Origin: Eledone cirrhosa
Taxonomy: Eukaryota
Length of the DNA: 64,000 bases
NCBI GenBank assembly: GCA_964016885.1
Contig: OZ024750.1
Coordinates: 31,186,001 to 31,250,000 of the forward strand
Reading direction: 5' to 3'
Position 1 is the stretch's first letter, and each line of letters opens with the position of its first letter. Under the pieces are notes generated by a model. That model had not been told where the DNA came from. It made no database searches and worked only from the letters and a program-made list of their open reading frames with translations. This document shows positions 1-12,000 of this stretch, piece after piece. A program made the position numbers and the translations under genes.

Positions 1-3000
1 AAACCTCTCTCAGAAGAGATAGACCTAGTGTACAGTAACATAACATGTACAGACCTCTCCCAGAAGAGATAGACCTAGTGTACACTAACATAACATGTAG
101 AAACCTCTCTCAGAAGAGATAGACCTAGTGTACACTAACATAACATGTAGAAACCTCTCCCAGAAGGGATAGACCTAGTGTACACTAACATAACATGTAG
201 AAACCTCTCTCAGAAGAGATAAACCTAGTGTACACTAACATAACATGTACAGACCTCTCTCAGAAGAGATAGACCTAGTGTACAGTAACATAACATGTAC
301 AGACCTCTCTCAGAAGAGATAGACCTAGTGTACACTAACATAACATGTACAGACCTCTCTCAGAAGAGATAGACCTAGTGTACACTAACATAACATGTAG
401 AAACCTCTCTCAGAAGAGATAGACCTAGTGTACACTAACATAAGATGTACAGACCTCTCTCAGAAGACATAGACCTAGTGTACACTAACATAACATGTAG
501 AAACCCCTCTCTCAGAAGAGATAGACCTAGTGTACACTAACATAACATGTAGAAACCTCTCTCAGAAGAGATAGACCTAGTGTACACTAACATAACATGT
601 ACAGACCTCTCCCAGAAGAGATAGACCTAGTGTACACTAAAATAAGATGTACAGACCTCTCTCAGAAGAGATAGACCTAGTGTACACTAACATAACATGT
701 AGAAACCTCTCCCAGAAGAGATAGACCTAGTGTACAATAACATAAGATGTACAGACCTCTCTCAGAAGAGATAGACCTCGTGTACACTAACATAACATGT
801 AGAAACCTCTCCCAGAAGAGATAGACCTAGTGTACACTAACATAACATGTACAGACCTCTCCCAGAAGAGATAGACCTAGTGTACACTAAAATAAGATGT
901 ACAGACCTCTCTCAGAAGAGATAGACCTAGTGTACACTAACATAACATGTAGAAACCTCTCTCAGAAGAGATAGACCTAGTGTACACTAACATATCATGT
1001 AGAAACCTCTCTCAGAAGAGATAGACCTAGTGTACACTAACATAACATGTAGAAACCTCTCTCAGAAGAGATAAACCTAGTGTACACTAACATAACATGT
1101 AGAAACCTCTCCCAGAAGAGATAGACCTAGTGTATAGTAACATAACATGTAGAAACCTCTCCCAGAAGAGATAGACCTAGTGTACACTAACATAACATGT
1201 AGAAACCTCTCTCAGAAGAGATAGACCTAGTGTACACTAACATAACATGTAGAAACCTCTCTCAGAAGAGAAGGACCTAGTGTACACTAACATAACATGT
1301 AGAAACCTCTCTCAGAAGAGATAAACCTAGTGTACACTAACATAACATGTAGAAACCTCTCCCAGAAGAGATAGACCTAGTGTACACTAACATAACATGT
1401 AGAAACCTCTCTCAGAAGAGATAGACCTAGTGTACACTAACATAACATGTAGAAACCTCTCTCAGAAGAGATAAACCTATTGTACACTAACATAACATGT
1501 ACAGACCTCTCCCAGAAGAGATAGACCTAGTGTACACTAAAATAACATGTAGAAACCTCTCTCAGAAGAGATAGACCTAGTGAACACTAACATAACATGT
1601 AGAAACCTCTCCCAGAAGAGATAGACCTAGTGTACACTAACATAACATGTAGAAACCTCTCTCAGAAGAGATAGACCTAGTGTACACTAACATAACATGT
1701 ACAGACCTCTCTCAGAAGAGATAGACCTAGTGTACACTAACATAACATGTAGAAACCTCTCTCAGAAGAGATAGACCTAGTGTACACTAAAATAACATGT
1801 ACAGACCTCTCTCAGAAGAGATAGACCTAGTGAACACTAACATAACATGTAGAAACCTCTCCCAGAAGAGATAGACCTAGTGTACACTAACATAACATGT
1901 AGAAACCTCTCCCAGAAGAGATAGACCTAGTGTACACTAACATAACATGTACAGACCTCTCTCAGAAGAGATAGACCTAGTGTACACTAACATAACATGT
2001 ACAGACCTCTCTCAGAAGAGATAGACCTAGTGTACACTAACATAACATGTAGAAACCTCTCTCAGAAGAGATAGACCTAGTGTACACTAACATAACATGT
2101 AGAAACCTCTCTCAGAAGAGATAGACCTAGTGTACACTAATATAACATGTAGAAACCTCTCTCAGAAGAGATAGACCTAGTGTACACTAACATAACATGT
2201 AGAAACCTCTCTCAGAAGAGATAGACCTAGTGTACACTAACATAACATGTACAGACCTCTCTCAGAAGAGATAGACCTAGTGTACACTAACATAACATGT
2301 AGAAACCTCTCTCAGAAAAGATAGACCTAGTGTACACTAACATAACATGTAGAAACCTCTCTCAGAAGAGATAGACCTAGTGTACAGTAACATAACATGT
2401 ACAGACCTCTCCCAGAAGAGATAGACCTAGTGTACACTAACATAACATGTAGAAACCTCTCTCAGAAGAGATAGACCTAGTGTACACTAACATAACATGT
2501 AGAAACCTCTCCCAGAAGGGATAGACCTAGTGTACACTAACATAACATGTAGAAACCTCTCTCAGAAGAGATAAACCTAGTGTACACTAACATAACATGT
2601 ACAGACCTCTCTCAGAAGAGATAGACCTAGTGTACAGTAACATAACATGTACAGACCTCTCTCAGAAGACATAGACCTAGTGTACACTAACATAACATGT
2701 AGAAACCTCTCTCAGAAGAGATAGACCTAGTGTACACTAACATAACATGTAGAAACCTCTCTCAGAAGAGATAGACCTAGTGTACACTAACATAACATGT
2801 ACAGACCTCTCCCAGAAGAGATAGACCTAGTGTACACTAAAATAAGATGTACAGACCTCTCTCAGAAGAGATAGACCTAGTGTACACTAACATAACATGT
2901 AGAAACCTCTCCCAGAAGAGATAGACCTAGTGTACAATAACATAAGATGTACAGACCTCTCTCAGAAGAGATAGACCTCGTGTACACTAACATAACATGT

Positions 3001-6000
3001 AGAAACCTCTCCCAGAAGAGATAGACCTAGTGTACACTAACATAACATGTACAGACCTCTCCCAGAAGAGATAGACCTAGTGTACACTAAAATAAGATGT
3101 ACAGACCTCTCTCAGAAGAGATAGACCTAGTGTACACTAACATAACATGTAGAAACCTCTCTCAGAAGAGATAGACCTAGTGTACACTAACATAACATGT
3201 AGAAACCTCTCTCAGAAGAGATAGAACTAGTGTACACTAACATAACATGTAGAAACCTCTCTCAGAAGAGATAAACCTAGTGTACACTAACATAACATGT
3301 AGAAACCTCTCCCAGAAGAGATAGACCTAGTGTATAGTAACATAACATGTAGAAACCTCTCCCAGAAGAGATAGACCTAGTGTACATTAACATAACATGT
3401 AGAAACCTCTCTCAGAAGAGATAGACCTAGTGTACACTAACATAACATGTAGAAACCTCTCTCAGAAGAGAAGGACCTAGTGTACACTAACATAACATGT
3501 AGAAACCTCTCTCAGAAGAGATAAACCTAGTGTACACTAACATAACATGTAGAAACCTCTCCCAGAAGAGATAGACCTAGTGTACACTAACATAACATGT
3601 AGAAACCTCTCTCAGAAGAGATAGACCTAGTGTACACTAACATAACATGTAGAAACCTCTCTCAGAAGAGATAAACCTATTGTACACTAACATAACATGT
3701 ACAGACCTCTCCCAGAAGAGATAGACCTAGTGTACACTAACATAACATGTAGAAACCTCTCCCAGAAGAGATAGACTTAGTGTACACTAACATAACATGT
3801 AGAAACCTCTCCCAGAAGAGATAGACCTAGTGTACACTAACATAACATGTACAGACCTCTCTCAGAAGAGATAGACCTAGTGTACACTAACATAACATGT
3901 ACAGACCTCTCTCAGAAGAGATAGACCTAGTGTACACTAACATAACATGTAGAAACCTCTCTCAGAAGAGATAGACCTAGTGTACACTAACATAACATGT
4001 AGAAACCTCTCTCAGAAGAGATAGACCTAGTGTACACTAATATAACATGTAGAAACCTCTCTCAGAAGAGATAGACCTAGTGTACACTAACATAACATGT
4101 AGAAACCTCTCTCAGAAGAGATAGACCTAGTGTACACTAACATAACATGTACAGACCTCTCTCAGAAGAGATAGACCTAGTGTACACTAACATAACATGT
4201 AGAAACCTCTCTCAGAAGAGATAGACCTAGTGTACACTAACATAACATGTAGAAACCTCTCTCAGAAGAGATAGACCTAGTGTACAGTAACATAACATGT
4301 ACAGACCTCTCCCAGAAGAGATAGACCTAGTGTACACTAACATAACATGTAGAAACCTCTCTCAGAAGAGATAGACCTAGTGTACACTAACATGACATGT
4401 AGAAACCTCTCCCAGAAGGGATAGACCTAGTGTACACTAACATAACATGTAGAAACCTCTCTCAGAAGAGATAAACCTAGTGTACACTAACATAACATGT
4501 ACAGACCTCTCTCAGAAGAGATAGACCTAGTGTACAGTAACATAACATGTACAGACCTCTCTCAGAAGAGATAGACCTAGTGTACACTAACATAACATGT
4601 ACAGACCTCTCTCAGAAGAGATAGACCTAGTGTACACTAACATAACATGTAGAAACCTCTCTCAGAAGAGATAGACCTAGTGTACACTAACATAAGATGT
4701 ACAGACCTCTCTCAGAAGACATAGACCTAGTGTACACTAACATAACATGTAGAAACCCCTCTCTCAGAAGAGATAGACCTAGTGTACACTAACATAACAT
4801 GTAGAAACCTCTCTCAGAAGAGATAGACCTAGTGTACACTAACATAACATGTACAGACCTCTCCCAGAAGAGATAGACCTAGTGTACACTAAAATAAGAT
4901 GTACAGACCTCTCTCAGAAGAGATAGACCTAGTGTACACTAACATAACATGTAGAAACCTCTCCCAGAAGAGATAGACCTAGTGTACAATAACATAAGAT
5001 GTACAGACCTCTCTCAGAAGACATAGACCTAGTGTACACTAACATAACATGTAGAAACCCCTCTCTCAGAAGAGATAGACCTAGTGTACACTAACATAAC
5101 ATGTAGAAACCTCTCTCAGAAGAGATAGACCTAGTGTACACTAACATAACATGTACAGACCTCTCCCAGAAGAGATAGACCTAGTGTACACTAAAATAAG
5201 ATGTACAGACCTCTCTCAGAAGAGATAGACCTAGTGTACACTAACATAACATGTAGAAACCTCTCCCAGAAGAGATAGACCTAGTGTACAATAACATAAG
5301 ATGTACAGACCTCTCTCAGAAGAGATAGACCTCGTGTACACTAACATAACATGTAGAAACCTCTCCCAGAAGAGATAGACCTAGTGTACACTAACATAAC
5401 ATGTACAGACCTCTCCCAGAAGAGATAGACCTAGTGTACACTAAAATAAGATGTACAGACCTCTCTCAGAAGAGATAGACCTAGTGTACACTAACATAAC
5501 ATGTAGAAACCTCTCTCAGAAGAGATAGACCTAGTGTACACTAACATATCATGTAGAAACCTCTCTCAGAAGAGATAGACCTAGTGTACACTAACATAAC
5601 ATGTAGAAACCTCTCTCAGAAGAGATAAACCTAGTGTACACTAACATAACATGTAGAAACCTCTCCCAGAAGAGATAGACCTAGTGTATAGTAACATAAC
5701 ATGTAGAAACCTCTCCCAGAAGAGATAGACCTAGTGTACACTAACATAACATGTAGAAACCTCTCTCAGAAGAGATAGACCTAGTGTACACTAACATAAC
5801 ATGTAGAAACCTCTCTCAGAAGAGAAGGACCTAGTGTACACTAACATAACATGTAGAAACCTCTCTCAGAAGAGATAAACCTAGTGTACACTAACATAAC
5901 ATGTAGAAACCTCTCCCAGAAGAGATAGACCTAGTGTACACTAACATAACATGTAGAAACCTCTCTCAGAAGAGATAGACCTAGTGTACACTAACATAAC

Positions 6001-9000
6001 ATGTAGAAACCTCTCTCAGAAGAGATAAACCTATTGTACACTAACATAACATGTACAGACCTCTCCCAGAAGAGATAGACCTAGTGTACACTAAAATAAC
6101 ATGTAGAAACCTCTCTCAGAAGAGATAGACCTAGTGAACACTAACATAACATGTAGAAACCTCTCCCAGAAGAGATAGACCTAGTGTACACTAACATAAC
6201 ATGTAGAAACCTCTCTCAGAAGAGATAGACCTAGTGTACACTAACATAACATGTACAGACCTCTCTCAGAAGAGATAGACCTAGTGTACACTAACATAAC
6301 ATGTAGAAACCTCTCTCAGAAGAGATAGACCTAGTGTACACTAAAATAACATGTACAGACCTCTCTCAGAAGAGATAGACCTAGTGAACACTAACATAAC
6401 ATGTAGAAACCTCTCCCAGAAGAGATAGACCTAGTGTACACTAACATAACATGTAGAAACCTCTCCCAGAAGAGATAGACCTAGTGTACACTAACATAAC
6501 ATGTACAGACCTCTCTCAGAAGAGATAGACCTAGTGTACACTAACATAACATGTACAGACCTCTCTCAGAAGAGATAGACCTAGTGTACACTAACATAAC
6601 ATGTAGAAACCTCTCTCAGAAGAGATAGACCTAGTGTACACTAACATAACATGTAGAAACCTCTCTCAGAAGAGATAGACCTAGTGTACACTAATATAAC
6701 ATGTAGAAACCTCTCTCAGAAGAGATAGACCTAGTGTACACTAACATAACATGTAGAAACCTCTCTCAGAAGAGATAGACCTAGTGTACACTAACATAAC
6801 ATGTACAGACCTCTCTCAGAAGAGATAGACCTAGTGTACACTAACATAACATGTAGAAACCTCTCTCAGAAAAGATAGACCTAGTGTACACTAACATAAC
6901 ATGTAGAAACCTCTCTCAGAAGAGATAGACCTAGTGTACAGTAACATAACATGTACAGACCTCTCCCAGAAGAGATAGACCTAGTGTACACTAACATAAC
7001 ATGTAGAAACCTCTCTCAGAAGAGATAGACCTAGTGTACACTAACATAACATGTAGAAACCTCTCCCAGAAGGGATAGACCTAGTGTACACTAACATAAC
7101 ATGTAGAAACCTCTCTCAGAAGAGATAAACCTAGTGTACACTAACATAACATGTACAGACCTCTCTCAGAAGAGATAGACCTAGTGTACAGTAACATAAC
7201 ATGTACAGACCTCTCTCAGAAGACATAGACCTAGTGTACACTAACATAACATGTAGAAACCTCTCTCAGAAGAGATAGACCTAGTGTACACTAACATAAC
7301 ATGTAGAAACCTCTCTCAGAAGAGATAGACCTAGTGTACACTAACATAACATGTACAGACCTCTCCCAGAAGAGATAGACCTAGTGTACACTAAAATAAG
7401 ATGTACAGACCTCTCTCAGAAGAGATAGACCTAGTGTACACTAACATAACATGTAGAAACCTCTCCCAGAAGAGATAGACCTAGTGTACAATAACATAAG
7501 ATGTACAGACCTCTCTCAGAAGAGATAGACCTCGTGTACACTAACATAACATGTAGAAACCTCTCCCAGAAGAGATAGACCTAGTGTACACTAACATAAC
7601 ATGTACAGACCTCTCCCAGAAGAGATAGACCTAGTGTACACTAAAATAAGATGTACAGACCTCTCTCAGAAGAGATAGACCTAGTGTACACTAACATAAC
7701 ATGTAGAAACCTCTCTCAGAAGAGATAGACCTAGTGTACACTAACATAACATGTAGAAACCTCTCTCAGAAGAGATAGAACTAGTGTACACTAACATAAC
7801 ATGTAGAAACCTCTCTCAGAAGAGATAAACCTAGTGTACACTAACATAACATGTAGAAACCTCTCCCAGAAGAGATAGACCTAGTGTATAGTAACATAAC
7901 ATGTAGAAACCTCTCCCAGAAGAGATAGACCTAGTGTACATTAACATAACATGTAGAAACCTCTCTCAGAAGAGATAGACCTAGTGTACACTAACATAAC
8001 ATGTAGAAACCTCTCTCAGAAGAGAAGGACCTAGTGTACACTAACATAACATGTAGAAACCTCTCTCAGAAGAGATAAACCTAGTGTACACTAACATAAC
8101 ATGTAGAAACCTCTCCCAGAAGAGATAGACCTAGTGTACACTAACATAACATGTAGAAACCTCTCTCAGAAGAGATAGACCTAGTGTACACTAACATAAC
8201 ATGTAGAAACCTCTCTCAGAAGAGATAAACCTATTGTACACTAACATAACATGTACAGACCTCTCCCAGAAGAGATAGACCTAGTGTACACTAACATAAC
8301 ATGTAGAAACCTCTCCCAGAAGAGATAGACTTAGTGTACACTAACATAACATGTAGAAACCTCTCCCAGAAGAGATAGACCTAGTGTACACTAACATAAC
8401 ATGTACAGACCTCTCTCAGAAGAGATAGACCTAGTGTACACTAACATAACATGTACAGACCTCTCTCAGAAGAGATAGACCTAGTGTACACTAACATAAC
8501 ATGTAGAAACCTCTCTCAGAAGAGATAGACCTAGTGTACACTAACATAACATGTAGAAACCTCTCTCAGAAGAGATAGACCTAGTGTACACTAATATAAC
8601 ATGTAGAAACCTCTCTCAGAAGAGATAGACCTAGTGTACACTAACATAACATGTAGAAACCTCTCTCAGAAGAGATAGACCTAGTGTACACTAACATAAC
8701 ATGTACAGACCTCTCTCAGAAGAGATAGACCTAGTGTACACTAACATAACATGTAGAAACCTCTCTCAGAAGAGATAGACCTAGTGTACACTAACATAAC
8801 ATGTAGAAACCTCTCTCAGAAGAGATAGACCTAGTGTACAGTAACATAACATGTACAGACCTCTCCCAGAAGAGATAGACCTAGTGTACACTAACATAAC
8901 ATGTAGAAACCTCTCTCAGAAGAGATAGACCTAGTGTACACTAACATGACATGTAGAAACCTCTCCCAGAAGGGATAGACCTAGTGTACACTAACATAAC

Positions 9001-12000
9001 ATGTAGAAACCTCTCTCAGAAGAGATAAACCTAGTGTACACTAACATAACATGTACAGACCTCTCTCAGAAGAGATAGACCTAGTGTACAGTAACATAAC
9101 ATGTACAGACCTCTCTCAGAAGAGATAGACCTAGTGTACACTAACATAACATGTACAGACCTCTCTCAGAAGAGATAGACCTAGTGTACACTAACATAAC
9201 ATGTAGAAACCTCTCTCAGAAGAGATAGACCTAGTGTACACTAACATAAGATGTACAGACCTCTCTCAGAAGACATAGACCTAGTGTACACTAACATAAC
9301 ATGTAGAAACCCCTCTCTCAGAAGAGATAGACCTAGTGTACACTAACATAACATGTAGAAACCTCTCTCAGAAGAGATAGACCTAGTGTACACTAACATA
9401 ACATGTACAGACCTCTCCCAGAAGAGATAGACCTAGTGTACACTAAAATAAGATGTACAGACCTCTCTCAGAAGAGATAGACCTAGTGTACACTAACATA
9501 ACATGTAGAAACCTCTCCCAGAAGAGATAGACCTAGTGTACAATAACATAAGATGTACAGACCTCTCTCAGAAGACATAGACCTAGTGTACACTAACATA
9601 ACATGTAGAAACCCCTCTCTCAGAAGAGATAGACCTAGTGTACACTAACATAACATGTAGAAACCTCTCTCAGAAGAGATAGACCTAGTGTACACTAACA
9701 TAACATGTACAGACCTCTCCCAGAAGAGATAGACCTAGTGTACACTAAAATAAGATGTACAGACCTCTCTCAGAAGAGATAGACCTAGTGTACACTAACA
9801 TAACATGTAGAAACCTCTCCCAGAAGAGATAGACCTAGTGTACAATAACATAAGATGTACAGACCTCTCTCAGAAGAGATAGACCTCGTGTACACTAACA
9901 TAACATGTAGAAACCTCTCCCAGAAGAGATAGACCTAGTGTACACTAACATAACATGTACAGACCTCTCCCAGAAGAGATAGACCTAGTGTACACTAAAA
10001 TAAGATGTACAGACCTCTCTCAGAAGAGATAGACCTAGTGTACACTAACATAACATGTAGAAACCTCTCTCAGAAGAGATAGACCTAGTGTACACTAACA
10101 TATCATGTAGAAACCTCTCTCAGAAGAGATAGACCTAGTGTACACTAACATAACATGTAGAAACCTCTCTCAGAAGAGATAAACCTAGTGTACACTAACA
10201 TAACATGTAGAAACCTCTCCCAGAAGAGATAGACCTAGTGTATAGTAACATAACATGTAGAAACCTCTCCCAGAAGAGATAGACCTAGTGTACACTAACA
10301 TAACATGTAGAAACCTCTCTCAGAAGAGATAGACCTAGTGTACACTAACATAACATGTAGAAACCTCTCTCAGAAGAGAAGGACCTAGTGTACACTAACA
10401 TAACATGTAGAAACCTCTCTCAGAAGAGATAAACCTAGTGTACACTAACATAACATGTAGAAACCTCTCCCAGAAGAGATAGACCTAGTGTACACTAACA
10501 TAACATGTAGAAACCTCTCTCAGAAGAGATAGACCTAGTGTACACTAACATAACATGTAGAAACCTCTCTCAGAAGAGATAAACCTATTGTACACTAACA
10601 TAACATGTACAGACCTCTCCCAGAAGAGATAGACCTAGTGTACACTAAAATAACATGTAGAAACCTCTCTCAGAAGAGATAGACCTAGTGAACACTAACA
10701 TAACATGTAGAAACCTCTCCCAGAAGAGATAGACCTAGTGTACACTAACATAACATGTAGAAACCTCTCTCAGAAGAGATAGACCTAGTGTACACTAACA
10801 TAACATGTACAGACCTCTCTCAGAAGAGATAGACCTAGTGTACACTAACATAACATGTAGAAACCTCTCTCAGAAGAGATAGACCTAGTGTACACTAAAA
10901 TAACATGTACAGACCTCTCTCAGAAGAGATAGACCTAGTGAACACTAACATAACATGTAGAAACCTCTCCCAGAAGAGATAGACCTAGTGTACACTAACA
11001 TAACATGTAGAAACCTCTCCCAGAAGAGATAGACCTAGTGTACACTAACATAACATGTACAGACCTCTCTCAGAAGAGATAGACCTAGTGTACACTAACA
11101 TAACATGTACAGACCTCTCTCAGAAGAGATAGACCTAGTGTACACTAACATAACATGTAGAAACCTCTCTCAGAAGAGATAGACCTAGTGAACACTAACA
11201 TAACATGTAGAAACCTCTCCCAGAAGAGATAGACCTAGTGTACACTAACATAACATGTAGAAACCTCTCCCAGAAGAGATAGACCTAGTGTACACTAACA
11301 TAACATGTAGAAACCTCTCTCAGAAGAGATAGACCTAGTGTACACTAACATAACATGTAGAAACCTCTCTCAGAAGAGATAGACCTAGTGTACACTAACA
11401 TAACATGTAGAAACCTCTCTCAGAAGAGATAAACCTATTGTACACTAACATAACATGTACAGACCTCTCCCAGAAGAGATAGACCTAGTGTACACTAAAA
11501 TAACATGTAGAAACCTCTCTCAGAAGAGATAGACCTAGTGAACACTAACATAACATGTAGAAACCTCTCCCAGAAGAGATAGACCTAGTGTACACTAACA
11601 TAACATGTAGAAACCTCTCTCAGAAGAGATAGACCTAGTGTACACTAACATAACATGTACAGACCTCTCTCAGAAGAGATAGACCTAGTGTACACTAACA
11701 TAACATGTAGAAACCTCTCTCAGAAGAGATAGACCTAGTGTACACTAAAATAACATGTACAGACCTCTCTCAGAAGAGATAGACCTAGTGAACACTAACA
11801 TAACATGTAGAAACCTCTCCCAGAAGAGATAGACCTAGTGTACACTAACATAACATGTAGAAACCTCTCCCAGAAGAGATAGACCTAGTGTACACTAACA
11901 TAACATGTACAGACCTCTCTCAGAAGAGATAGACCTAGTGTACACTAACATAACATGTACAGACCTCTCTCAGAAGAGATAGACCTAGTGTACACTAACA

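Noticed and set aside
106-129. Helitron-like 3' end (hairpin followed by CTAG then T)
   Set aside because: The stem is only 5 bp and AT-rich, the spacing is atypical, and there is no other Helitron/Helentron sequence in the window.
120-150. p53-like or steroid-receptor response elements (CTAG/CATG cores, TGTACA)
   Set aside because: The flanks do not fit RRRCWWGYYY, and there is no correctly spaced inverted hexamer pair.
156-170. Apparent compensatory hairpin change (TCCC-AGAA-GGGA vs TCTCT-CAGA-AGAGA) suggesting a structured RNA
   Set aside because: The pairing register shifts. CTCCC usually occurs without GGG, and GGG also occurs with CTCTCT (~23931, 31631, 40028, 41178). The co-occurrence is explained by HOR copying.
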